This document shows, piece after piece, positions 24,557-37,500 of a DNA stretch of 64,000 nucleotides. This DNA comes from Amphiscolops sp. MND2022. Taxonomy: Eukaryota. Each line of letters opens with the position of its first letter. The stretch's first letter is position 1. Under the pieces are notes generated by a model, which made no database searches, was not told where the DNA came from, and saw nothing but the letters and a program-made list of their open reading frames with translations. Location: NCBI GenBank assembly GCA_964187785.1, contig OZ076416.1, positions 28,520,001 through 28,584,000 of the forward strand, in the 5' to 3' direction. A program made the translations under genes and the position numbers.

Positions 24557-25632
24557 TTAATGTGGCGTTTTTGAGATGAAAACAAATCAATCGTCAAATT
24601 TGTCGAAGGATGATCATCGATCGCAATTCTAATTTTGTGAAGTAGTTTTGAAATTTTGTAAAACTAAGCTGCTTCAACATTGAATTTCATTGGATTAATA
24701 TACATGACATACACTAAGGGTATTCATAAATGTATACAAAATCCAATGTGGACTAAGCTGCTTTGGTAGTTATATTCATAATATAGGTTAATTGCAGTAG
24801 GTTTTACAAAATACTTCATGAGGCTAAAGAGGGCTGTCGCTCATGAGATCCAAAGTTTTTTAAATTTTCTAAAGGAATAGAGAACTTTCTAAAAGTTGGC
24901 AATTTTTTCTTTGAGCCTGATGGATCCTCCCTTTAAATAGTTTTCGGCACTGTGAGATTTTGAGGTTTTTTCAAAAACAGCTCCTTAACGATCTGAAGTT
25001 TTCTGGCAATACTGAAAACCGGAAACCTTCCTGGAGGCAGGTAAGTGTGGAAATGTTTTTTTTAACATCACAATATTACAGATGAACGTTAGAATGGCCG
25101 AGACCTTCACTGGTAGGAAGATAGATATGGAAAAGTGAAATACTGAGAAATAGATTGTTTGGTCTCACAGTTCGAAAAATTGCAAGAGTGTATCATTCTG
25201 TGTTTTTACCAATTTTTCTACAGACAATGATTCAATGTTAATGTGGTAATCATGTTTGCTAGTTCGTATGAGCTGAAACTCTCGACTGATTGCGGCGCTT
25301 AGTAAACCTTTTGCAACGTTTTGTGTCAACCATGATCACTTGGCTCATTGATAACCAAGTAAATCGGATCCTATAAATTTAAAGTCCTAAAATGCGGTCT
25401 ATTTTGTAGTAAATCCTAGAAAAAGATCCTATCCATTAATACCATAATACCAGGGTTATGGCACCGCTAATTCCCTATCGTTTTTCAGAGCAATCGCTTC
25501 AGACATTGTTTCAGAAAAACTGGTATACTGTGTTTATACCAGCCATAGACCATGTAAAATCTACCTAAAGCCTTTGGTCTTTGGCGTGAAATACCAGAAA
25601 ACGCTGTATGCGAATTTATAACTCCATCCATG

Positions 25633-26200
25633 AACAAGCTGGGAACGGCCCAAGTCCGCGCCCCGCCCAAGGTTCAAAAAGCAAAATATCACAATGCGCA
25701 GCGCCAAACAATACCCGAGCGCCAAACAATACCCATAAGACTTGAAAACCACTTTTACCCAACTAAAAACACCAAAGAACCCAAGTTTTTCGGAAAGTCT
25801 CAGTGCCTAAAAACCCAAAGTTGGCCCTCCAACTTGGCAAAACGCTTTTTGCAAGCCGAAAATTTTAAAGTGAAGGGTACTCTTCAACCAAAAGATTTTT
25901 TTTTCGAAAGAAAGTTGCCTAGTGCCGAAGAACTGTAGGTCTCATCTACAGGTTTTGAGAAACCTCTCATCAGTCCGACAGGACCTGAAATAAAATGCCA
26001 CCCTTAAGACTCGGAAAACGCTTTCCCTTAACAGAAAACCGCAAAAAACAAGTTGAGAATTTTTTTTCGATAAGTCGCATAGTGGTGGAAAACCCTTTTG
26101 GGGTCCTTTATCCTGGCAAAACGCTTTCTGCTGAAAATTGAAGAATGGCTTTCGTTTTAAAAAAATCAAAGAAGTCGCATATAACCTAAAAACCCTTTCC
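25633..26200 (-). mobile_element. Diverged family A copy; 5' end unclear
   Basis: The reverse complement reads TTTTTGAACCTTGGG...GCGCGGACTTGGGCCGTTCCCAGCTTGTT at 25633-25680. Confidence 0.5.
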
Positions 26201-28560
26201 TCTACATTTGCAGGCATAAAAACTTAAGAACCCACGTAGGCCTGCTTCTCCGGATCCATTACCAGGCCTTGAAATCTGCCGCGTTAAACATTGGGCCAAA
26301 AAGCGGGAACACTTCCTTTAAAGTTTATGACCCATTCTTGATTTATAAACATGGACGCTTCACGGTAACTGAAGAAAAAACTTGCCATTGTAAAAGTATG
26401 CTTGTTTGCAAAAAACTCCAAGAAAGTACAAGTTTCGGCGGCCAGTAGGCCCGTCCCTTCACTGCAAAAAACAACTAATTTTTGGTTGCAAAACAACTAA
26501 TTCAAGCAACAAACTTTTATACCAGATTAGCGATTGCGAAATAAGATGCGGCGCAGAAAAATAGAAATAATTTTGATAACTTAAAATATAGAACTTGTTC
26601 TGTAGTTTTTCTTGTTGGAACAACCTGTATTTCAGTTTTTCGGTAATATTTTATATAGAACACTAGCGTACACTCAAGCTACGTTTTCAGAATAATCTTA
26701 TAGACTATAGAAAAACCTATTCTTGGCTGTAATTAATTCATACTGCTTCAGAAACGTGGCAACTGTTGAAAACAAAATTGTATGTTTGCCGTTATAATGG
26801 ATTTTTTACGGATATATTTTCAATCGTCTCAGCCACTCATGTTTTTATTAGGGAAGTAAAAATTTCGAATGTAGCCAGCACCGAAAGTTTTTTAGTCGGA
26901 CATTCAATTGAGAATACAAACCACAGTACTGACATTTTTAAAGGCCACTCGCAATGTTTACAAATTAGTTTATTTTGTTCGGGCACTTGCAGCGTGGCCT
27001 AGTTGGTACTTGATTTTTCAAAATAGGATTTTGTCACTTGTCGACTTTAGTTAATCGTTCGCTTAGAGCTTTTGAAGAAGTAAATGCAAATGTTATTTAC
27101 CATACAGTACTGTGATTAAGAAATCATTTGCCAGGCGACCTTAGGATCGATTTTCTTGAAATGGGTTAAAAAACATCAGAAATGAAATTTTTTTTTGAAT
27201 TTTATCTAGTTTACATTAGAATTTAAAAAAAACAATTGGACAAAAGTTGTGAAAAATACAAATAGCTGATTTTTTAGCAAGCAAAGTTGGGACTTGCCGT
27301 TTTTCCTGTTTTTGCCTGTTTGACCTACAACTTTTATGGCAAATTTTATTCTCGATCAACTCCCCCAAATCTACTGGAACCATGGAAATATTCTGATTTC
27401 AAAAATAACCTACCGTTTTCGAAATATCAGGCTCGAAAGGTGAAATTTGCTCGATTCACTTGTAATAAGATAGAAAATTGCGTTGTCGCGGTGAAAAATG
27501 ATTGTCACAAAAAATATATACCACTGGATTCTAGACAATCTGCAGAATTCAATAAATCTAAAATTTGAGAAAAATTTTCAAAAAACTGCGAAAATAACTA
27601 AAGTGTTCTATCTGCGCCAACGATTTTGCAAATTGCACCAATCAAAACTGACAGGAAAGTAAGTAAGCTATTTTATTGGTTGATAACAACACTCAGCACG
27701 TAGGGGATCATTTCTGTACTGTTGTACGGCGACTATGCAAAGCGTCGAAAAACTTCCGTAGCAGCAATTATTTTCAGGTTATTATTTGAAGAGGTTAGCA
27801 TATTTGTTGTATGGCTCGGGGTTTCGCTCCCTTTGCCAAGTAGCAACATTGAGGCATGACCATGTGGCACGTCGCTCCTCTTCGCTTCGCTCCTGCATTT
27901 AGGGCACTAGGGGTATGTGAACATAGCTGATTATGTTATCGTAATTAGTTCGCCGCTGTGTAGCACCCAAATTTAACAAATTTTATTCATTCCTTTTTCA
28001 ACCATTCAGAAGCGTTCAATATTTATGCTTCGGCGCAATGAATAGCTTGCAAAATTTCGACGCTTTGGGAATCCGCCGCTGCATAAGTGTTTCTAAATTT
28101 AGTCCTGCATTTAAGAAACTAGTAGTCTCAGATTTGGATATTATCAGTGAAACTTGTTTGGTTTGTATGTTTGCACAAGCCCAGAAGTTAGGCATGTTTT
28201 AAAAAATCTACTTTGAATTTTAAGGTCAATGTAAATTTCTATATAGAAAGATTTTGTCCCGACAATTAGTATTATATTTTTGTGGAGTTTGACAGTTTCA
28301 AAAATAATGTTGAGCCCCGATGGGGCCAAATTTTCAATTTTGTTCATTCCTCTTCTTCCAAATTCAACCTGATAACTATTACGACGTTAGAGCTGACGAA
28401 TCGCAACGTTATCAACAGATTCATGAGCTTTTCGAAAGTAGAGACTTTGTTTTCCATGATCATTGAGTTCAGAACCTAAAATTCCGCGGCTTGGGAAAGT
28501 TTCCTGGAAAAAAAAACAGATCGAATAGCAAAATGTCTAAACCTTTTCAGATTTTCAGTG

Positions 28561-31500
28561 ATGGTGGAGGACGCCTTGATTGGCTACGAATTCGCGGTGA
28601 AAATGACCTGTGGAAAATGTGTGAGGAAGATCGAAGAAACTATTTCTGAGTTTCAGAAAAAAGCTGAAAATGACCAAGTCATCCGGGATTTGGATGTTAA
28701 ACTCAACGAACAGCTCGTTTCCTTGAAAAGCAATCTCTCAGGTATTGATAGTTGTAGTACCCAATTCCATATATTTTATGAATTATTGAACACATTCGTC
28801 ACTCAGGAAAATTTTCCTCAACGAATGCTGTCGCCTGGTAAAATTAATAGAACTGATACGCCTTTCACTTTTTATGGCATTTCGACTTGGATAAAGCGTT
28901 TTGCGAACTTGAAGGGTCGCCATTTAGCCACTATGAGACTTTTTCGGAACGAGAGAAATGTTCGAAAATTTTTTCGCGAATTGTGTTTTTTGGTGTCAGG
29001 ACATTATTGACATTTCAACCTATTGCATTTTCAACCGTCCGCCATTTCGACCTGAACTAATTCTGGCTAATGGATCCTAATTAGGTACATAATTATTCTG
29101 CCGGTTTAAACTTTCGTACATTTCAAATGTGCTAATTTTTACACCAGTATTGATACGTTTCGGCTTCTTCATGAATAATTACCATAAATTAAGGCAGTTT
29201 GATTCATTGGTAATTATTGTACCGAAATAATAGCTCAACCGAACGAATAAGGACTAAATGGCCAAAAAAAGTAACCGTGTTTTTTGATGTTTCGAGTTAT
29301 AGAAAACAATTTCCGAGTCTTATGGGTATCCCTGTGGGTATTTTTTGGCACTGTAAATTCGATAAATCAACAAAACGTGTTAATTAGTGAGTCGATATGT
29401 TTAAGTGTATACTTCGTTACATTTAAAAGGAGAAATATATAAAGAAATCGGTGTACAAAAACATGCTTCACTATAATCCTTCTATTAAAAAGAACGCAGC
29501 TCTGTACATCCTGGGGATATCTGTATTATATTGCATATACACAGTCTGGCTTGTAAAGTGTCTCTGCTTAGTTATAACACTTTACTCTTTGAACTTTGAG
29601 TGGGGCGCCAACTTGGACCGTTCCCCGCTCTTAGGAAACATAGATCATGAAAGAGCTCCATTTCGATATGCTTTTAGTTTGAATATAATGAATACCTTTT
29701 TATGCGTACCATTTGTTATAAACGGGTCTTTGATCAGTTTGATTGACAGTCTTATATTTTTCTTCAAGGTCATTATTATAAATAGCTGTTTTGCTCTAAG
29801 GTCGTCATTAGTGATCTAGCAATTTGTTATTGAAAAATACATTCTTCTGAAAATTCTTTTTTTGTTCTTTTTGGGAAACCGATCATGACTTTTGTGGGAC
29901 CTCGTATTTCTTGATATAAACACAATTATTATACCGATGGGGGGGGGGGGTTAAAGTACCGTATTCCAGACACATATGTTAACATTTGGGTTACAACAAA
30001 CTTAGTTCCCATAGGCAAAATAAATGACGCCATACACAATTTTGTCATATATACACTGTCCGCATCCGGTTGTTCAGCTCTATCCTTTTGATTCTGTTTG
30101 CCCATTCATTACTCTTCGTATCATGCTTTCCAAAATGGTGTTGTTCATCCCACTGATAATCCATGATAACCTATTACAAGGTATCCTATTACTAGGTATC
30201 CCATGATATCCTATATAAAACTGCTTTCAAAGGTTTTCTAAATAGTTTCCCATGATTTGTATATAGGTTTGATGCAGCCTACTCAGAGGAAATTTTTAGC
30301 GAATTTTTCATAACATCTGATCAGTTATGTATGATCTAGGGATGAAATTAGGCCGGCTCGCCTAGGATATGCGGGCCGCCGGCGATTTAAGCGGGCTACG
30401 GGCCGTTTAAAAACATTTAGGCACTAAGATAAGTAAAGTGGGGTACATTGAAAGGTAAGTATTAGTAGAAGGAAGTAAATTTTCAGTTCACTTCGACATA
30501 GTCGAGAGCTTCGTATAAATCTATGGCGTCATCTTCTTGCATAACCTCAACTAGCTCGCCCGTTGGATATTTCAATAGTTCTTCGTATCTCGGCTTCGTT
30601 GTGACTGGACCTGACATAGTGAATATGACTGTTCGAAGAGAAAATGTCTGAAATGATTTCTCAGAAATGTAATTTCTCTAATTCCTGAAAAATTAAGTTC
30701 ATAGCCATTTCTGAGAAAAGGCGGGTGGGCCGCGGGCTAAAACAGCCCGCTTTCAACCCTAGGTGATGATCATTTTAATAAAATAATTTAAAAGGTAATG
30801 CAATGATTCTACAATTTCTAATAATAGAAATAATATCTTAAGAAACACAAGTGTCCTATTTTTGCCCCGGAATTGAGCTGTTCTCGGCTTGTTTCTTTAA
30901 TAAAAATAACAAGACCGGTGATTTGAATTTCAATTTCAAGCGATCTCATCAGACGCAGTGATGGTCCTTTCAATTTCAAAAAATGATTATTTTCCTCAAA
31001 AATTATCAGCAAAACAATGAAATAATTTAAATTCTCAATACTCCAAAGGTTCCAATACGCAAAGGTTCCTGAAGCGTTGCTATATCATGTCTATTTGACA
31101 TTGTAACTTTTGTTCGTAGGTCTTATAAGATGTATCTGTTGAACATCTAAAAATCGGTACCCCGCTTGAAGCTCAAAAAGCGCATGCTGCCTTTCAATGC
31201 ATGCTGTCAGCAATAAGCGCATGCTGTCTTCTCAGTCTTGCTGAGAAGTTTTGTGAAAATTTTGAAAAATAGCAGTTTCGTGAAAAATCAGACTTGAACC
31301 AAATGTGCTTGAAAGACCTTTTTCTAACTGAAAATGTCAAAAATCAAAGGAAGACCCTAAAGTATGTAAAAAGTGTTCAGATACATTCTGTGGTCTGACG
31401 AAAAAAATATGAAGCTAATCATTGTTATAGTGGAGCACATTTTCTTACAAAATGCGGCGACTAAAAACAACGTTTCGATCAACGGAGAGTAGAAATGAAA

Positions 31501-34500
31501 GTCTGTAGTAGTTGTTGGTGTTTTGACGCTCAGAAGTTCCACCGTGTCACCAGCAGAAATCACGCAACGTCCGAAATTAGGTTCCAATACCACTAAATGA
31601 GAGGCCGAGATGATGAAGTTTTAATCAATTTATGTGGTTGTTTAATCGGCAAAGTTCATCATTGAAGGAAGACTCGGACTTTCGCCGATCCGATTCAAAA
31701 TTTTGGCAAAGTTGAGTCGATGTTTTTCCCTCTAGTATCCTTATCGAATATCAGTGCCTTTTGTGTGAATTTCAGGTTTCCAGTTGCATCAGATTCTATC
31801 TGAAAGTGGTTTGGAGGTGCGTTTCAAGAGTGCAGGCAACTCTGTGCTTTGTGCGGGAGTGACTGAATTTCACGACTTCATTGGGACAAAAGTAGTTGGT
31901 GTTATCAGATTCATCCCACTGTCCGAAGACACGTGTTCAATCGAAGGTACTTTTTTCATTAGAGGTGTAACTGATTTTATTTTTCTTAGAATGTGCCCGG
32001 TTATACGTCTTTGCCTCTTTGACTGAATCAAATATTGACAAAAATAGCTTTCTTTCCTTATGTTGGAGCAAGAGCCTTTTCGTCATACTTATTGCTCAGT
32101 TGTAACCAGAAAAAACGTCAAAATCTCTTTCGCCTCTTTGGGTACCCTTTGGTTCTTAGGCTGAACGTCTGAAAAAAGTGGACCATTCAGATAATATCTG
32201 TGGTCTGTAGAAGAAATTAAGCATTGTAATAGTCGGGCACATTTCCTCACAAAAAGCGCCGACTTAAACACCATTCTGATATTCGGAGCGTGGAAATGAA
32301 AATTTTATAGTGGGTGTTGGTGTTTTCACTGTCAAAAGTACCGACATATGTTCGAAATTCAAGTCACCAAACAGTCGAAAATATGCAAAGTACGTACGTT
32401 CTTGTTTTTCAAAAAGAATTTTGACGGAAGATAGTCAAAGACTTGACTTGAAAACATTGAAAAATCTATCATGTCTCTGTTAATTCCTGCTAGTTGAATT
32501 CAAATAATTAAAAAATCCGTTGTTTCTGCGTGTTTTATAATGCAAACTTCTGAAGTTGCTTTCGTTTTTAGTCGGTGCTTTTCGATGGAGAGAACCTACT
32601 ATAGCAGTGGCTTTTTTAAAAAGCAGCGAACTGACAGATTTCTTTAAGCACCTCTCCGTAAAATAGTAACTTTTAAAAAAGTAGGGTTTTACGAATAAGT
32701 TTCAAGTCTCAGTTTAATCTACTTTACGAGTTTTATTCTTGTTCTGCTTATTTCTCGTTTTAAATCTCAAAGTAGTCTCCTACTTGAATTTTTGCAAAAG
32801 TGCCTTCCTACTTTTCGTCAAAAGTTGTCTCAGGTGTGAGTTCGAACAAGAGGACTGTATTCTTACGAATAGGAAGAAAAAAATAATCTTGTTCTGTAGT
32901 TTTGAGTAACGTTGATATCTAGATTAGCATCTTCTTGATTTTCTTTTGTGTTATTCGCTATTCGTTTTGTGACTGAAAGGACTCACGCATAATTGCTTCA
33001 GCTTTTGGTGATTTGGTCAAGTCGGCAGTGTGATTTTCTGAGAACACCTTTTGTTCAATGTTGATTTGTCCTAGTCTATCGGTTTCTGTATTCAGGTGCT
33101 ATAGAAGTGAAGTAGCGACATTGCTGGTAGTTCGACGAGTAGATTCGTTCGAAATCGTTTTCACGAGTGATGAGTTCGTCTCAAAGTTGTGGTTTGAGTA
33201 GTGTTGTTCCCGGTGAAAAGTTTGTTTGCTTGGGTCGATGTTTGTAGACACAAGGGAATTGTTTGGTAGCCAATTTTCTCTAAGCGTATCGCAGTATTCG
33301 AATTCGCATTGTTTCTTTTTGTCTCTTATAAAGTCCAAGTTTTCACGTCAGAGGAGTTTGTGATTTGGTAGTTTTTGCGTATACCGTCTTTGATGTCAGT
33401 TTCGTGGGCCGATGTTGAGTGTGATAGGAAACATTCGTTGTATTGATTGTTCTTTTATAGAATGCAGTAGTCAACCATTCTAGAGCAATCTTTGATTTGG
33501 ATCTTCGTCTTTCGTTATGTAGGATGTCTTGTACTTAGTATCCGAGAGGGCCTTTGCCAAGTGTTATTCGATGATTCTAGTTCATTAGAATTGGCAAATT
33601 TTGTTCTGATTATGTGCAATTATGTTAACGAAGTTCAGTCCAGAATTAGCCTTTTTTTGAAGAGAAATAAATTTGTTCCCGGCGCAACGTTTGCTTGTCT
33701 TCGGGTCGATGTTTGTAGAAAGATCATTTTTAGTAGCACAGTGAGTGCCGTAGCAACTCGTTTTGGATGTATCTTCAAGTTCTAATGCACGTATGTCAAA
33801 GTGGAATTGAGGCAATTTTCTACAGATCTCTGTTCGCAGGAGGCGTGAAATCTTGGTTTCTGTTGCCCACGGTTGTAGTTGGGAACTATGCTGTCCGGAG
33901 GAATCAAACTAGAGATTTAGTGTAGTCTGACCCATTATAGGTATCTATTCCCCAGTGTATGTTCTTTTATGTTGGCTTCTAACAACAGTAATAAGTGGAA
34001 GCAATCAGAAAATTTTGCTGAAGATGTTGTAATTGATCACATGCTGCTCCAGTATCAAGCATGAATTCCATTTCTAATCCTTTGTCTTCATTAATATCTC
34101 CCGTGGGTAAATAGAAAGCATTCATGTGAAATCGTGGTTTAAAATTGCTTTCGTCGTCTGGACGCGGAAACCTCAGCAGTTTACCGGAAAGAAATTAGAC
34201 ATTGAATTCATCACTTTTTGAGACTCGCCTTCTATGAATTGTACATTGTTGGTGATTGCATTTGAGTTGTTTTGGGGTTCTGATTTATTAAGTAATGAAA
34301 TTTCTCTTGCGTCAGAACTGTAATTGCCGTGTCCAGTGCTGTAATTTTCCCCTTTGTTACCATGGTTGTTGACACTTTGGTTTGTTATGCGGCTGATTGG
34401 AGTTGTTGCCATGCCTTTGTTAAGAATTAGCATTCTGATAGTTTTGTATGCCGAAATTTGTTTGTAAGCCGTAATCGTTATTGAAGGTTTGCTTTATCTG

Positions 34501-37500
34501 TTTGTTCTAATTGTGTTGAGGTCGTTGTTCATCAGCGTAGGCTTTGGTCATACAACATTGTAGAGTTTGTCCTTTTAATCTACAGTAGTTACAGTTAGCG
34601 TGTTAATCTTCCTTGATTTGCTGTTGACATCGGTAATTCTTGGTTAGCTTGGTTCAAAGCATTCACTTATTTCAGAAAAGTTGAAAGTTCTTTGACTTTT
34701 TTCTATCGAGTTCAGAGTATAATTCTAGTTGTTTCAGTTTGGACGAATTGTGAACTTACTGAATAAAATAGGTCCTCATTGTCAAGGTGGTCTTTGAAGT
34801 TGTCCCAAGTTGTATTTAGGTGTTCTATCAGGTTTTGATGAGCTTTCTTTTAGGGCCTGAGAGATTCAGTCCTCTCACTCTGAAGTCAATATACTTCTGA
34901 TTTCTCAAGTGTTGCTGAGCATCCCTTTCGTTCTGGTTTCCTGCGGCATTGTTAGGTCATCCTTTGTCTACCGCCCGTTTGACTTGATTATAGAAGTTTT
35001 TAATCAATTCTCTTTTAGTTTTCTGCAGTTAGTTATTCAATGTCCAGTTGTCTCTGTGATCTGAGAAACGAGTCATGAAGGTTGTTTTGACTTGTGCCCA
35101 AATAGGTAGTGGATTGCTTGTTGAGGGATTAAAAGGAGCCTTTTTGAATAGATATCTACCTAAGTAAGAAGTTCATGTTGTTTTCGACCGTCAGAAGAAA
35201 TGATTTAACCCCTCCCTGAGAGCTTGTCGAAAGCGAGGCTGGGAACGAGACTGCGTTCTGAACCTTCTTACTTCGTTCTGCAGTCGTTGAGGTTATTCTT
35301 TAATGAGCTGTGCCTCAGCGCTCTTTTGGAGCCATATAGCCATGGGCCTTTACTGAGTTTCAGCAAAGTCCCTCAGATCAGTGTACAACGATCATTCAAA
35401 AGTAAGCACATCATCGGCCCGCCCCATAAATGACAGGTGGGGCCGCACGTTCAAGCGACGTCAATCCGTGCGCCATCACTCAGAAGCTTTGCAGAAGCGT
35501 ACCTTCTAGTACAGACCTACCATCGAATTAACAATGGTTACAGAAGCATCGACTTCTACTCGGCATTGGGCTGCCATGAGCATGGTAAGTACCTTTTACC
35601 AGCCCGCGATACTAGAAAAGCATCTATACCACACTCAGTTGTGGGTGGCATCGACCCAAATGTCACTGAGCTCTTCTGCACTTCAATCAGACACTTACAA
35701 AACAACCACAACAACTGACTAAGGAGGATCTGATATTGAAGAGGGTTCGTTTATAAGGGTTTCCCCCCTTCCAGATCAACCTAGTCCCAACGGAAAGCTT
35801 CTCTACAAAGTAGAGTCCCTTTCACCACAAGTACACTGATGAGTAGAACAATGCTGAGTTCTAGCAGAGTATTGCCACTTCCGAAGAAGCTGAGATGGGA
35901 TCATACCCCGATTCTCATTTAAGGACTTTTGCAGGTAGTTTTTAAGTCCCCCCTGTTGTCAGGACTCTTGAGGCTTTAGTTCCAGGCATCGTCTACTGAG
36001 CAACCTTAGTTGACACTCAACAGTAGCACTCATACTCTGGTGACGGCTCTGCCGGGAATGCGAGCCTTACCTGCCCGAAGGCAGAACTTTCATTCCACTC
36101 GTGATTTACACCTAATTCCATTACACCTTTTCACACCCATATTGAACAAAAGTTCAATTGAATTGAACAGAAGTACCTTCGAATTGAACAAAACGTCGAA
36201 AGTAAGATTGAATTGAACAAAATAAAATTGAATTGAACAGAGAGTAGAACAATTTCCCAAAAAGCACAAAAGTGAAATTGAATTGAACAGAGTTAAAACG
36301 AATTGAACAACGATTGTAAATCAGCCTAAAATTAGTTTTTTCTCGAGACAATCAGGAATGTAAGTCAGTGTATGATCATACCAAGCTCTGCATTTCTCAA
36401 TGGTGACCTCTCCTTGGGTTTCACGAATGATTTCCGACATTTTATCAATTCTATACTGAGTCAAGGTTCTTCCGGCAACAACTGCAGGTGCTGGTTTAGT
36501 GAATTCATGCATTCGAATAGAAAGGCTCCGTTTTATCCCTTGTTTCCAGGCAGAAATTGCATTCTCCACCATAGTTAACATGGGACTATATTTAGGCAGA
36601 CGTTTGATCGAAAGCAGTCCGGGTATTTCTTCATACTCTACATTTGAATGCGGTGGAGCGTTGTCAAAAATGCAATATCCATCAGATGTTAGACCAATAT
36701 CAAGTAAGAAATTTCCAGAAACAACTTGCAGGAAGTTTGAGTTTAGCTTTCGTCATGCCGCCAGTAATGATTTCAAAATGCTCCAAACCTTGATCAGCAC
36801 TAACGGCGACACACACGGTGATGTTGGTACCTTTCTGTCCGGATACTGTTTGGTACGCTCGCTCTCCAGTTTTTGCTCGACCTTGGCTTCTTCGGGTATG
36901 GATATTGCATCCGAACTCGTCTATGTAAATTTTCTTCATCGTAATGATATTTGGACTCATTAACCATTTCGCAAATTCGCGACGCGCCTCGAGAATTTCG
37001 GGGGTGTTTCGCTCGGCTGGGGAGTCCCGAACAAGTTTCACGGTAAAGCATTGGCCGTCCAAAACACGAGAAAGAGTCTGGTCTGTAAATGGTCTTTTCA
37101 GCGGAAAATGCTCCCTGATTTTTGAATTGAGTTCCTTCAATTTCAAAAGACAATTTTTTTCCAGTTCTGTCACTGCGTAATCAATGATTTCGTCATCAAT
37201 CTTTTTGGCGTTGCTGTTACCTTTCGGTAGATTGTTTGGTCGTCCACGCTTAACAATGTTGTAGGCTGTTGATCGGTTAACGTTTAAAATCTTGGCTAAT
37301 ATAACGAAGTCTTCTCCACTGTTGGCAGCGTCTAAGATCCCTTGTTTCGTTTCAGTGGATATCTTGGCATAATTTCCACGAAGCATTGTTAAAAGTGAAA
37401 GTGCAATGTTCAACTTGAATGGAGTTTGTTCAATTCTAATTCACGTTCATCAATCTTTGATCAATCATTTTTGTTCTGTTCATTTCAATTTTATTTTGTT

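Noticed and set aside
25945-26000. Hammerhead-like motif on minus (CAGGTC...CTGATGA-GAG-GTTT-CTC-AAAACCTG)
   Set aside because: The invariant G of GAAA is A and stem I cannot form; it lies in a decayed repeat.
28742-29010. Continuation of track ORF 28558-29010 beyond CCS exon 1
   Set aside because: CCS homology stops at the GT donor (28742); the rest is intron read-through. The same applies to the ORF tails past donors in GLRX3 and SCARB.
35224-35722. Short GC-richer ORFs as a DIRS RNase H or host gene fragment
   Set aside because: Only a vague EASTS resemblance, with no supporting motifs or splice structure.
35835-35875. CTGATGAG followed by a TAGAAC/GTTCTA stem (possible hammerhead)
   Set aside because: There is no GAAA after stem II and no stem III or cleavage triplet.
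36372-37180. Plus-strand ORFs over the transposase (36372-36578, 36499-36963, 36944-37180)
   Set aside because: Antisense shadows of the transposase frame.
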